Shown: piece after piece, positions 26,301-37,900 of the stretch
How the letters are laid out: each line of letters starts with the position of its first letter
Numbering within the stretch: position 1 is the stretch's first letter
From: Antedon mediterranea
Lineage: Eukaryota; Animalia; Echinodermata
Length of the DNA stretch: 64,000 nt
Assembly (NCBI RefSeq): GCF_964355755.1
Contig: NC_092679.1
Span: 8,090,201 to 8,154,200 of the forward strand
Direction of reading: 5' to 3'
Notes under the pieces: generated by a model
Database searches by the model: none
What the model saw: only the letters and a program-made list of their open reading frames with translations
What the model was told of the DNA's origin: nothing
Program-made: the position numbers and the translations under genes

Positions 26301-29300
26301 GAAGCAGACTAACACACTTCACACCTCACCGACAGCATCATTGATCCTCCGCGTTCCTTATCTATACTTATAGTTGTATATTGTACTGAAGTATTATACT
26401 GAATAAACAATATATGTGTTACGACAGTCAAGCGAGTCCGAGACCTTCATTAGTACCTCAACAACGCAACATTATATTACATGGTGGAAGACCCGGACTT
26501 AGATAGATTAATGGATGTTATTCAAAGAAAGATAATTAGAGATTATAACCTCCCAGTAGATGTTAAACAATTACGTGTTGAACAAGAAACTTCACCATTT
26601 TTTAAGCCAGTTTACGATTATTTAGCTCATGATATCCTTCCAGCTGATAAGAAAGCAGCTCGTGCAGTTCAGAATAAGTCAGAGCAGTACATATTGTGCA
26701 ACGGTTTACTATTCCGTTTATTTTTCCAAGATAAAGGTGGAGAATTTGTATTGCAATTAGCTGTTCCTGAAAACTTAGCCGAGACTATTATTTCTCAGTA
26801 TCACGACAATTTGTTAAGTAGCCACCAAGGTACGATGCGTACTTACCTTACTATTAGGAAATTATTTTACATGCCCCTTATGTTTGAGAAAGTCAACAAT
26901 TATACCCAAGCGTGTCTTAGATGTCAACAATTTTGTCCCAAAACCGATAAATTACGTCCTTTACACGATCGAGTACCAGCAACTTACCGTCCCTTTCATA
27001 CACTCAGTCTAGATTTTAAGAGTATGCCAACTTCACCTTCAGGTTTTAAACATATTATGGTAGTATGTGATGAGATAACTAGATTTTTGATTTGTGTACC
27101 TTTGAAATCCATTGATGCCGAAACAATTTGCGAAGCACTAATTCAAAAGGTCATCAGTATTTTTGGACCCCCATCTCGTCATATTTCAGATGCAGCAACT
27201 TCCCTTACAGGAAAATTATTAACACTATTATGTAACACCCTTAATATTAATAGGAAAATCATCAGCGTCCACAATCACGGTAGTTTACAAGTTGAACGTC
27301 ATATCCGCACCGTATCGGACCTGTTAAAGGTCAACCTTAACCAATTCGGAACAGATTGGGTTAGATTTGTATCAACAACATGTTATGCTTATAACTCGTT
27401 TTCATCCCCACATCTAGGAAACCACTCCCCTTACGAATTAGTTTTTGGCCGCCAACCTCCAAGTTTGACCTCATTAGCATTTAACCCTATTTCAGGATTG
27501 TCTCATTCCTATGAAGAATACTTTGAACATCTCAAGAAGAAATTTCAAAACATTTCACAGACAATGCTACAATTACAGCGAACACAACAAAACGTCCAAA
27601 ACTCAAAGATTTCCCAACGCTTAGAAAAAAGTCCAATTTACTCAGTAGGACAACTCGAATATTTATACAAGCCAACATCATCATCACTAACAGCAAATTC
27701 AAAGAAAATCGCCGCAGAATGGGTCGGACCATTAGTAATTCATGAAGTACTAGACAGAACACACTACATCCTAGCGACGATTAAAGGAGAAATACTTCGC
27801 GACGTATTCAATTATAACAGACTGAAACCCTGTTTTATGAGAACACCCAAAGAACGCAAAAATTTTACACATCTCCAAAAACTTAAACAATTGTTGAATG
27901 AACCCACCGATGATAATAACGATAAAATCCAAAACACCATTAATGTAGTAAATGACGAAATCAATGTTGAATTTGTAGACGAACACGATAGGACACCCAC
28001 CCAATTGCAATCAGATACCCTTACACATCCAACTAAAGTAGAACCCCTTAACTTGCAACCTTACATTGACTGTGTAGAGAATAACATGGGATTAGCAGCC
28101 CCATTCCAAATGAAAGAAGAACAAATTAAGGAACAAACTAATTTAATTATGACAGCACCTAATGACTCAAATATGACATTAAACCGAGGTAGATTTAAAG
28201 CAGGACATTTCCAAGTTTTAGTTTCGTATTCTAAACCGACTTCAGCTAAACGTAACACTGATGAAACAAAACACGAATCTAATGATCGCAAATTTTGGTG
28301 GAATATTGACAGATATAACGATACAGATAAATTGATTAAAGAGATCATTAAAGATAAACAGATACCGATAAGTGGATCGCCAAAACGATTCATAAAACGT
28401 TTGTATAATGCAACGAATTACTGATTTAATTTTTTGCAAGATTATTTTTAAATTACGACATTTGCTAAATTAACGATAGCATAGTCTACGTATTTGATGA
28501 GATTTGTTTAGTAATGATGTGATTTCAGTTAAAAGAGAATTGAATTTATGTTTAAGTATTGATTTTGTAACGAGTTTTTTGATAAAGATTGATTTTGAAT
28601 TTTGATGATCGATATATTGAGATATTGAAAAGAACGACAATCATTTTGTAACAAATATTTTGTTTAACCTTTGAGTCGTCAATCTCGAGCATTACTTAAT
28701 TGATATACAAAAACAGGAGATTTTCTTAGTACTTTTAATTGTAATTTTTTTAACATTGAGTACAAAAGTCGAATTTGTCGACCGATTGAAATCGTAATTA
28801 CCTGTGAATATAAATGCTTAAATCGATAAAGTTGTGACGATAATGATATATTGTGGATAAGTTTGTGTCAACGGGACACACACATTTGTTTCTTTTAAAG
28901 TTTTAAGTGATTGAGTTTGATATTTTGATTCTAGGCTAATCAGCCACAGTTTCTTGAATTTTATGTTTTGATTTGATTGATTTATGTTTGAAGACCATTA
29001 GAACGCGATGAGTTGTCGCACGAATTTGATGTATGTTCAATGTAACATACTATTTTTAAGTTTTGTATTTTTATTTTAACTGATTTATGTTTGATTTACG
29101 CGAATTTTTATACCAAATTCATTTTAACTTCATTTTTTTAAAGAGAGAGAAGAGAGAGAGAGTGAAAGTGATAAGGTTACACTTCAGAGTCAATGGTTTT
29201 GGCTAACTCAATTTTTGCTTATATGTATAATAATGTTTTTTTTTTTTTATATAACTTTAATTTTGCATGCCACTATTATAACCATTTTTATATGTTAAAT

Positions 29301-32300
29301 AGATTAGAAAAAAAAAAGGGAAACAGAGGGATGTGATATAACGATATACTTTTATATTTAAGAAATTGACCTTTGTATCGGAATTCAAATAGGTTCACAA
29401 ACTTGACCCAGAAAGTCCAAAGGAGAGTTTGTCCAGATGTTTTAATGACCATTTAGTTTATAATAGAATCCCTAAAGAAAACACTTAGCTTAATTTTGTG
29501 ACTTTCCCATCGTTAAACCAGGAGTGATCGGCACTATTTAAGTACAGATTTGACAGTGTCATCCATCACAGAAATACCTTATTATACCGTTAATCACTCC
29601 CACTTAAACACCCCTGGATCAACTTAGGACCAATCGTTACCCTCACAGATGATGTAATGACATTATGCAAATGAACTGAGCCAATATACTCCCAAGTTTC
29701 AGAAGGGCCCAGACACACCTTACAGCCACTTCTCCAGAAGCAGACTAACACACTTCACACCTCACCGACAGCATCATTGATCCTCCGCGTTCCTTATCTA
29801 TACTTATAGTTGTATATTGTACTGAAGTATTATACTGAATAAACAATATATGTGTTACGACAGTCAAGCGAGTCCGAGTCCTTCATTAGTACCTCAACAA
29901 CGCAACATTATATTACAATAGCTTTTTAAAAACCGTGAGACTGTGCGTCCGTAAATGTTCTGTGTTTCGTAAACTCATTAATTAATGTGGAATGACTGAG
30001 TTTACTGTGTGACGTCATGAGAGAGTGGTTGATTACCAAAACCAGCCTGCTCAAAGTTATATAATCGATAAAAACATGTGTTAAACACACGGACTTGCAT
30101 ACCGGTAAACTCACCGTTCTTTTGTAAATTCTCTAACATGTGGTGTTGCGTAATACGTCACTTGTTCTTGTGTTACGTTTACTGGGATTTGGACCCCAAC
30201 GGATCCCAGGATATTATTAATCCAGGCACCAGCACATATGATGACACGTTTACAGTGGTAGACACCTCTAGTGGTATGTACCTAAAGAAATATTCACATC
30301 GATTAAAACAAAAAAATAATAAAAGCCCAGGAAGTGACCAAGTATACTCTGAAATGGTAAAATATGCACCTATAGAAGTTTTTAACCACATAGCAGAAAT
30401 ATATAACCAAACAGCTAAAACAGGAAACATACCTAAAGAAATCAACGAAGGCATATTGCATCCAATACCGAAACCAGGCAAGAAAAAAGGTCCACCAAAA
30501 AACATCCGACCCATCATCCTACTGTCGGTTCTTAGGAAAATGCTAGCAATATGCTTACTAAATAGGATAAACGACAGATTAGATGAACATGTCCCTGTAA
30601 CACAGGCCGCGTATCGCAAAGGACGAAGCACTACCGAACATGTACATACATGCAAAATGTTAGCAGAAAAGGCAATTGCGTCATCTAACTACGAAATAAT
30701 ATTACTACTACTTGACATGACCAGTGCATTTGACACGGTGCGGAGGAATACTCTATTCGACATACTGACACATATATTACAAGATGATGAACTACACATG
30801 TTGAAAGTTTTGATAAACAATGTAAAATTAAGCGTTCGAATTGGAAAACAGACAGGAAAATTGTTTACTACTACACTAATACTGTTCACACTATACCTAG
30901 CAAAGGCACTCGAATCAGCAAACACAACACCACTACCCCTACAACAGCTTAATATCCAGATGCAGTATGCAGATGACATTTCATTTATTAGCGACTCAAA
31001 AGAACACATAACTAAAATAAAGAAAAATGTAACAGAGAAATTAGCAGAATGCAATCTAAAGATAAACGAAAGAAAACAGAAAAATACCTAATAGGAAGAA
31101 ACACCGATAGTAAATGGGAAGAATGCAAATACCTTGGTAGTAACTTGGACACAGAAAAAGACATTAAAAGAAGAAAATCACTAGCAGCTATGGCATATAA
31201 CAAGCTGAAGTCGTCGCTAGAACACAAAACGATGTCTATAGACGTGAAATCCCGTTTGTTTGACGCATACATAGCAAGTATTTTCTTATATAACAGTGAA
31301 CTCTGGGTACTAAACAAAAAATTACAAGAGAGTATAGATATATATCACAGGAAAATGTTGCGAAAGATGATAGATATTAAATTAACAGATAGAGTGTGTA
31401 ACACGAAAATATACGAGATAACAAAACAAGAAGAATGGAGTAAAAGAATTAAACGAAGGAGACTAAAATGGTATGGACACATAATTAGATACCGGATGAT
31501 ACCCCAATCAAACAAACAATGAAGGAAACTAACAGGAAAGTAAAACGACCCGTAGGAAGACCAAGAAATAACTGGATGAATCAAATAAAGAAAGACTTAC
31601 AAGGACTAGTAGACACTAACACAATAACAAACCATCCTGCCATAAACAGAAAAAAATGGAAACAAATTGTGGAAAGCGTAATGTCGGAAGACGGAAAACG
31701 TTAGCAACAATTAGATTGACAGTGACACCTCTCAAAGTTTGTAAAGGAAATTTAGCTTGAAAACTTACCATCATGTGATCTGGTGCAATTTTTGATAGCC
31801 TAATTACGCTCACATCAGATAAAATGTGAGCTCCATGTTTGCGTGCCATCTGCACATGCGTAGAGTTGCCTTGTGCGGCATCAACAAGACCGCCATCAGC
31901 TTGGTATAAACTTATGATGTCTGAACCAACGGTCCACTGAGGATACTTCTGGCGCAATATTTCTCCACTCAATTTCTCATAACTATTGAAAAAAAATGGA
32001 ACAAAATTGATTATTGCACGTTCAATAAGTCGTACTAGACTCATTCGACATCATAACTGTGGACCGTGTCAGTGAATTATATGAGTTATTGTTGATCACT
32101 TACGGAACATTTTGCTGACTCATAGCTTTTGCATATTCATTTAATGTCTTTTCGCCAACTGTCCCCTTTACAGCTAGGTTTAAGCTTCCAGTCTTATACA
32201 CAACCTGTATCCCACTCTCCCTTTCCAACTCTTCCCAAGCAGCATATGCACCTCTTGCCAGTTCTGTATACACAGGGTCAAAGTATGATAACCGACTAAA

Positions 32301-34145
32301 ATGTTCAACAATATTTAAAGAGAAGATGTTATTGTTATATATAGAGCTGCACTTCTTGTAATTTCAATTATTTGCGTATTCGGTGCTTATATTAATATGA
32401 GTATCAGTGATATGGTATTTTCAAAATGTGCATAAATAGACCATCATGTATTACTTACATAATTCTTGAATGGTCTTGTGATCCACCGTGGTCATGTCCC
32501 AATTTATACTGTTCTATTCCAAGAACATCTTTAAAAGATGAATTAAAAGAAATTGAGTTGGTGGTGGAGATAATAAGCCTACTTCTTTTTAAAAATCATG
32601 TAATGTTCAACATTACAATTGCCATTGTTACACAACTGAACAAACATGTTTTAATTGGAAAAGGATAATATTATGAAGTAAACGCCGTCGTCTTCGCGTC
32701 CGGGAAACGAAACATTGAAGTATGAAGCGTCAAATCAGATTGTTTTGCTAAATTCCTGCATCCTATATATTCGTAAAGAACATTTTGGCACAATTGACGT
32801 GTCATCTAGTTGCATTGGTTATACCAAAGAATATATATCACAAGAATGAGTATTCCGCGATTTTTGCATGAGAAATTTGTAACAGAGAGCTCCAGAGAGT
32901 GATGCCCGCCCTCATAAGGGCGGATGTATACATACTAAATAAGACTTGATTTAATAGATTATACATGTCACATTAAATAGAATTATGATAATATATTTTG
33001 CAATTGTAAACTATTTTATAATACATATTTATTAACAAACTAGTGTACATTCACTTTTACAGACAATTATTTACTAACATGCTAAGTTAGTTCACAAAAA
33101 AAGCCTAACACAGCAACACCAAAAATCAACGAATCGTTACTCAGCACGGCCTATTCTTTACCATTGCCGTGTACTACTCTACGCCCGGTAAATTAAGTAT
33201 TGTTTTTATGATATAAATTAGTATAAAATACATGTTATTAATAGGACAAAATGTTAAATATCATTAACATTTATTTGTTTTACCAGAAACAAGTTAAATA
33301 TAGGAATATTATTAAACTATCGTTCGTGAAAACGCGTAAACACCAACACGCCCGCCGGTCACGCTATCGTAGCGCCCGGTTGATAAAGCAAACTGTTTAT
33401 ACGGCAGTTTTTACTAAATAAATTGCATAAAACGAACAATTAAATATCCAAATAGTATTTAACATGATGTTGGCATGATGTAGTTTATAACATTTTTTAT
33501 CATGAAAATACTACCGGTGGTTAGTTTGATTAGTGAAACCGTCACAAAAAGTTGTATACATCCCAGATACATCCACACTTATGGCGGCGCCCTACCACAT
33601 GGACAATATTACTGTTACAGGGAAAATCGCGGATTACTCATTCTTGTGATATATATTCTTTGGTTATACACAAGAAAAACTGCCGTGTCACTGGTTTCTC
33701 TTGGCGAAACTAGTAGGACTACGTAAAAAGAGTTTGATTCTGGGACGCAAGTAAAGGACGTAAGATCGAGCACCGCAATAAATTGACCAAACATGACGTG
33801 ATGGATCACCCAACTGTCTCATGTGATTGGTCAACTTCAATTGTGTTGCGCCTAACGTCGCGTCCAAGTGGGTACTATGGGAATCAATATTAGGGAATTT
33901 TAGATTGTCATGTCGTCTCCCTGTCACGTGACGTGCACCTCAAAACAAGTCGGCATGCACACCGTAGAACAGAAGTTTCAGTGTGTATAATAATAGAGCT
34001 ATTAATTATTGTAGTATAACAATAGTAGACCTAAAAACACCTCACCTCCACCTCTTTTAGCTAACCAATAAACTGCTGCACTTCCTATACCACCACAACC
34101 AACAACGATATAATCGTAGTGCGTCTTCGTAGTAGTAGTGCTCAT
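5312..34145 (-). CDS. Monomeric sarcosine oxidase (MSOX/SolA)-type FAD-dependent N-methyl-amine oxidase, about 411 aa, C-terminal PTS1 (SKL)
   Basis: Exons 34145-34046, 32528-32459, 32295-32104, 31982-31769, 30281-30115, 25816-25630, 25352-25219, 5483-5312 (1236 nt, phases chain). Motifs are YDYIVVGCGGIGS (FAD Rossmann), GGSQDHSRIIR, ICAGAW, KTCLYTMTLDRNFVID (covalent-FAD Cys position) and GAGHAYKFASVIG. The protein ends ...NPDLSKL*. Confidence 0.92.
5993..8110 (+). repeat. About 101-bp tandem satellite, about 20 copies, each with an internal hairpin
   Basis: CACTGTG unit starts at 6093, 6196, 6297, 6395, 6496, 6597 and 6698. Each unit contains TGTGTTTTACT-ATAACCAATTTGGTTAG-AGTAAAACACA. Confidence 0.95.
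8170..10020. repeat. About 620-bp imperfect palindromic module, tandemly duplicated (about 8180-8795, 8795-9430), plus an inverted partial copy (about 9660-10020)
   Basis: Arms AACCCTAACCCTAGTTTGAAGCGA...GAAATTTG and CAAATTTC...TCGCTTCAAACTAGGGTTAGGGTT. The arms share the AACCAATTTGGT core with the 101-bp satellite. Confidence 0.8.
10342..10376. mobile_element. 35-bp palindrome with 7-bp TSD (P-element-like excision scar)
   Basis: attgaat|CATGGACCTATAAATTAGTAATTTATAGGTCCATG|attgaac. Confidence 0.65.
10595..11493. mobile_element. Non-autonomous foldback element with 15-bp tandem repeats in its inverted arms
   Basis: Termini ATGGAA(C/T)GCC...GGCATTCCAT. Flanking direct repeat ACTAATT at 10588-10594 and 11494-11500. 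(GATGAAAATTGCGTC)n on the left arm and its reverse complement on the right. Confidence 0.85.
14510..17582. mobile_element. Mutator-like (MULE) foldback non-autonomous element
   Basis: GGGTGTGTCG...CGACACACCC termini and 9-bp TSD CAAAATTTG. About 1.2-kb inverted arms with subterminal CGAAGAC repeats and a core of about 650 bp. Removing it restores the RT frame YYAKFVPNYA. Confidence 0.93.
16561..16595. mobile_element. 35-bp palindrome with 7-bp TSD (P-element-like excision scar)
   Basis: gtaagag|CAGGGAAGAGTTAAATGTAATTTAACTCTTCCCTG|gtaagag. It is absent from the matching position in the other MULE arm (about 15390-15405). Confidence 0.75.
20323..22714. mobile_element. Inner element bounded by about 145-bp inverted repeats
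   Basis: CGCTGTGGCTAAAGATACGGTACCGTATTCTAAC...(to about 20470) is mirrored at about 22569-22714. No clear TSD. Confidence 0.65.
21134..21165. mobile_element. 32-bp imperfect palindrome with 7-bp TSD (excision-scar-like)
   Basis: cctacat|CTGAGACAATAACTATTTATTTGTTGTCTCAG|cctacat. Confidence 0.6.
22757..23578. mobile_element. Old palindromic MITE
   Basis: Diverged inverted arms of about 300 bp (GCTAGTTTCCTT...ACTTTAATGAA...TTGGTGAAAA versus TTTTCACCAA...TTCATTAAAGT...AAGGAAACTAGC). Confidence 0.6.
25896..29917 (+). mobile_element. Internally deleted Gypsy LTR element retaining only integrase
   Basis: 586-bp TG..CA LTRs at 25896-26481 and 29332-29917 (one mismatch seen). TSD ATAG. PBS remnant TGGTGGA and PPT AAAAAAGGGAAACAGAGGGA. 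No gag, PR, RT or RH. Confidence 0.95.
26481..28424 (+). CDS. Retroviral-type DDE integrase ORF, 647 aa, uninterrupted
   Basis: HHCC (YHDNLLSSHQG...CLRCQQ), catalytic LSLDFK / ISDAAT / VERHIR, SPYELVFGR, GPY/F-like WVGPLVI and a long C-terminal extension. Confidence 0.85.
   Translation: MVEDPDLDRLMDVIQRKIIRDYNLPVDVKQLRVEQETSPFFKPVYDYLAHDILPADKKAARAVQNKSEQYILCNGLLFRLFFQDKGGEFVLQLAVPENLAETIISQYHDNLLSSHQGTMRTYLTIRKLFYMPLMFEKVNNYTQACLRCQQFCPKTDKLRPLHDRVPATYRPFHTLSLDFKSMPTSPSGFKHIMVVCDEITRFLICVPLKSIDAETICEALIQKVISIFGPPSRHISDAATSLTGKLLTLLCNTLNINRKIISVHNHGSLQVERHIRTVSDLLKVNLNQFGTDWVRFVSTTCYAYNSFSSPHLGNHSPYELVFGRQPPSLTSLAFNPISGLSHSYEEYFEHLKKKFQNISQTMLQLQRTQQNVQNSKISQRLEKSPIYSVGQLEYLYKPTSSSLTANSKKIAAEWVGPLVIHEVLDRTHYILATIKGEILRDVFNYNRLKPCFMRTPKERKNFTHLQKLKQLLNEPTDDNNDKIQNTINVVNDEINVEFVDEHDRTPTQLQSDTLTHPTKVEPLNLQPYIDCVENNMGLAAPFQMKEEQIKEQTNLIMTAPNDSNMTLNRGRFKAGHFQVLVSYSKPTSAKRNTDETKHESNDRKFWWNIDRYNDTDKLIKEIIKDKQIPISGSPKRFIKRLYNATNY
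30300..31715 (+). mobile_element. 5'-truncated RTE-like LINE, defective RT
   Basis: KSPGSD, RPIILLS, LDMTSAFDTV, QYADD, KYLGS, RRLKWYGHI, RPVGRPRNNW. Frameshifts near 31070 and 31510, and the PQG motif is missing. Confidence 0.88.
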
Positions 34146-34930
34146 TTTAGGAACACTGTTTTATCAATATGTTTGTCTATGTTATTATATAGAGCAGAAC
34201 AAATATTGGCACAATGAAAGAATATACTTTGGCACTAGCGACCAATTAAAGTTACCCTGGATATTCAAAATCCAGTTTAAACCAGTAAATATTTGTTTGC
34301 TATAACTAAAACTGAATTTTGTGGGTAGGGTTAGGGTTGCACACATATATGACGTGATATTACTCACTCAGACTGCTGGGTTATGTATTAACTATTATTT
34401 TAACATTTGTTTCAAATGACAGACTTTAGGTTATAATAGTACACATATATTATAAAGAAACCTGAAATGATGATGATAACAATGTTGCAGATTAATACCT
34501 GTATTCTTTATTATAGTAATTAGTAATATTAGAACATCAGGATGAGATTGATAGCTCATTACAATTAACTCTAATATTATATTGTTAAAAATTCATTCAT
34601 ATTAAACTATAACATATTGCTTTAATCTAAATTGCTAATAAAACCATGCAGTTTAATAAAATATAATTAATAGTCAATTTTGCATCTTTATAAAAATATA
34701 GATTCAATATAATATACTGTATATGGTTTATTGCATCTAATTCATAAAAATATTCCCACAAAACAAAAAGAATTTAAAATTTTTACTGTAGATTGTGCAC
34801 AGGTTTTAAGTACAATACTTGAATGCTATTTATCGGTGCCAACATAAGCATACATGGCAGCCATTGGCAAGTGCACAAGCATAATTATTATTTTCACATT
34901 GGTTATTTGATGTGGTACAACCAAGTTTCT

Positions 34931-37900
34931 TTATCCTGATGATTGGTACTTGCCAGACGGTACTAGAGGTAGTGGTATCTCCATCTCTTTGCAAACAACT
35001 TCAATGCATTGCAATAGATGATCCATATCCTCAGGAAATAAATGCCCAATATTACCAATTCGAAAACAATCTCTTTCTGTTAGCTTTCCAGGGTAGATAA
35101 CTTGACCTATCATAGCAAATTTTAACTTGTAAGATTACTTAACGATTTGAAAGATTAAAGTAAGGGTGATTATTTCTGCTCAGAAGCAGGCCTAGTGTAT
35201 ATTTCTAAATATTAAACTTTATCATTTACCTTTATCATTTAGTCTTGTGTAAAATTCTTGAAAGTTGAAATTTGGATGCTGTGGGTAATAAAATGATGAA
35301 ATAATATAGCTTTTATCTTGTGGCCTTAGCAGCTCATCAAAACCCCTGGCTTGCATTCCTTTCGATATTATATCATTATTCTTAGCATATCTAAAAAAAA
35401 AAACATTTTAAATAATTCCAAAAAGACAAATATCTAAAATACTGTAATTACTCCACCCCAAAGTCAAAACAAATAGATTTAGAAACACATATATTCCATC
35501 AGCTATCAGGTTGTATAATAGAGATTTCAAACGCTAGTTCGCTAATTACTCGTGTTTCTGTTACATTTCCCTGTTTATTAGTCGCGTGGACGCGACTCTA
35601 TAGTTCACTATGTCGGTCGGTCGGTCGGTCTGTCTGTCGGTCCGGTATCACTATGCGTTTTATCGCTTTCTGACCTTATCTTGATATCAGTTTAATCTAG
35701 CTAAGTCAATTTTTCACAGTATATTCCTTATGGCCAGGAATCGATGTGGTTATGTTTTCACGGTGCACAATAAAAAATTACGCGGTCTACGTACGATTTA
35801 ACGAAATCACGTTTGTAATCATATCTTCACAACCATGAATCACAATTAAATAAAATTTGGTACTCATAAATTTCAGGGCATAAATCATCATATGGCAATA
35901 CAATTACGTGCGTAGCGCATGTAACGCATGCGTACGCGTGCTTAAAATTTTCAAAATTTATTTTCGATGAAATAAGAGTACGTTTCAGGCAATTTTAAGC
36001 GTTTACAAAATTGCCATGAGTGCGCAGATTTTTGCACGCGCACTGCGCGTTAAATGTTATACGAGCACGTCAAAAGTGACAGGCTACACACGTGTAAATT
36101 AAAAAAATATAACTGTTTTTAAACATTTCAACATTTTTAAACATGTTCAGTAATTTCTGTCAGTTGGTAGGTTGGTCGGTCGGTCGGTAAACACTAATGA
36201 GCACGCGACTGCAGCCATCTATATGGCCTTGTTTTTTATTTAGTCTTGTTATTTACGTTATATTATACTAACTGGAGTGTACTTAAGGACCCATATCTCA
36301 TAGCTGTATATTTTTGCCGTACAATAAAGTGTTATCGTATCGTAAAAAAGGAATTATTATCATGGAAAGTCATCAAATGTGAGTACTTGCTCAAAAGTAA
36401 TCAATATTAATGCACTGGTGGTCTTAAAATCATTTTTATGTCACCATCATAAAGATAGCGTTTAATTATAAACGAACCTTTTTCCTCTATTTTCTACACC
36501 ACCCTCAAGTTTGAGTTCTTTAAGAGCTTGCTTAAAAGCCAGAATAGCATGAGTTGGTGGTGTGAAACGAAATTGTCCTGAATTATTCAGCTGCTTATCT
36601 TGAGATAACAAATCAAAACTTAAACTTCGAGCCCAGCCTAGTGAGAACAAACATTAAAATGGTGGGAATAAAAACATAAGCCTCAAGCCCAGTACACAAT
36701 GATATAAACGTTTAAAAGCTAAATAATGGAACAAGCCGTGGCTTTACTAAAATGTCATTCATTTATTTTTTGTACCTTCACATTTTTGCAATGATGTTTT
36801 CTTAGAAATAATGTATGAGAATCCAGGTACTCCTTGCACACACTTGTTGGCAGAGCTTACAACAAAGTCAATGTTTGAGGCTTCTATGTCAAGGGGAACA
36901 GCACCAAAGCTACTCATGGCATCAACAAAAAAAGTACAATCTGTCAACACAATGTTGTACAGTATATATATCATATACAGTATATCAACATCAACCCTAT
37001 TATCATATCAACTATAATCTGTACTGTAAAATAAAATGAATGTCAAAAATAAATGTTAAATGAAGATTAATTTATTATTTTGAAACGATACCAACATTTA
37101 TGTTAAAACATGAATGGAATCGGTTTAGGGTTAGGAATGTTTCAACAGAACAAACATCCGTATGAAACGAAATTAGATGATTCCTTTTCTATAAAAAAAT
37201 TGGATGGTATTAAACATAAATCTCTAAATTAGGAAGGGCTAATAATAGTACATCGTAACTAGACTTTTATTATCCAGTTTGATTATTACATTATTATAAA
37301 TACCAACATAAATGACATAATATAATGCAAGCATAAATGTTGTAGTTTAGCAACTAAGTTGCTACTAACTTGGAGCATACATCTTGACCAGGTGTCCTAT
37401 ATGTTGGACTGGATTTAGAGCACCAGAACTAGTCTCACAATGAACTACAGACACGTTTGTCCAATCAGTTGAACCTGCTGCCATTATCTTCTCTACCATT
37501 TCAACATCAATCCGTTTATCTTCAGAAAAGTGTGCCACATGGCAATCTAGTCCGTGTGCGGCTGCAATCAGACCCATTCGTTTACCATATGCGCCATTTT
37601 CCAAGATTAACACCTTTAAAGAAGCATGCAGTGTTTATGCACACAACATACCAACACCATTTTTCACATTCTAATGTATGTTCCACTTATGTTTTCAATT
37701 ACCTATATATTGCAATAGCAGCAATATATCATCTTATCATGTAGATAATCTGAGCGTAATCAGTCAATGTCAATACTACTCAGCTGTATTATTGTGCAAT
37801 AAAATCTTACTAATTTTTTAATGTAAACTTTTGTAAGTTGCTTGGAATTATTATGTGAAATCAGAAATAAAATGAAAATCTTTCTTCAACAAATCGAACA

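Noticed and set aside
27532-28439. Antisense ORFs over the integrase (similarly over the LINE RTs)
   Set aside because: Shadow frames of long coding regions, with no motifs.
30078-30300. N-terminus of the 337-aa ORF as part of the LINE protein
   Set aside because: It is the antisense of oxidase exon 5. RT homology starts near 30305.
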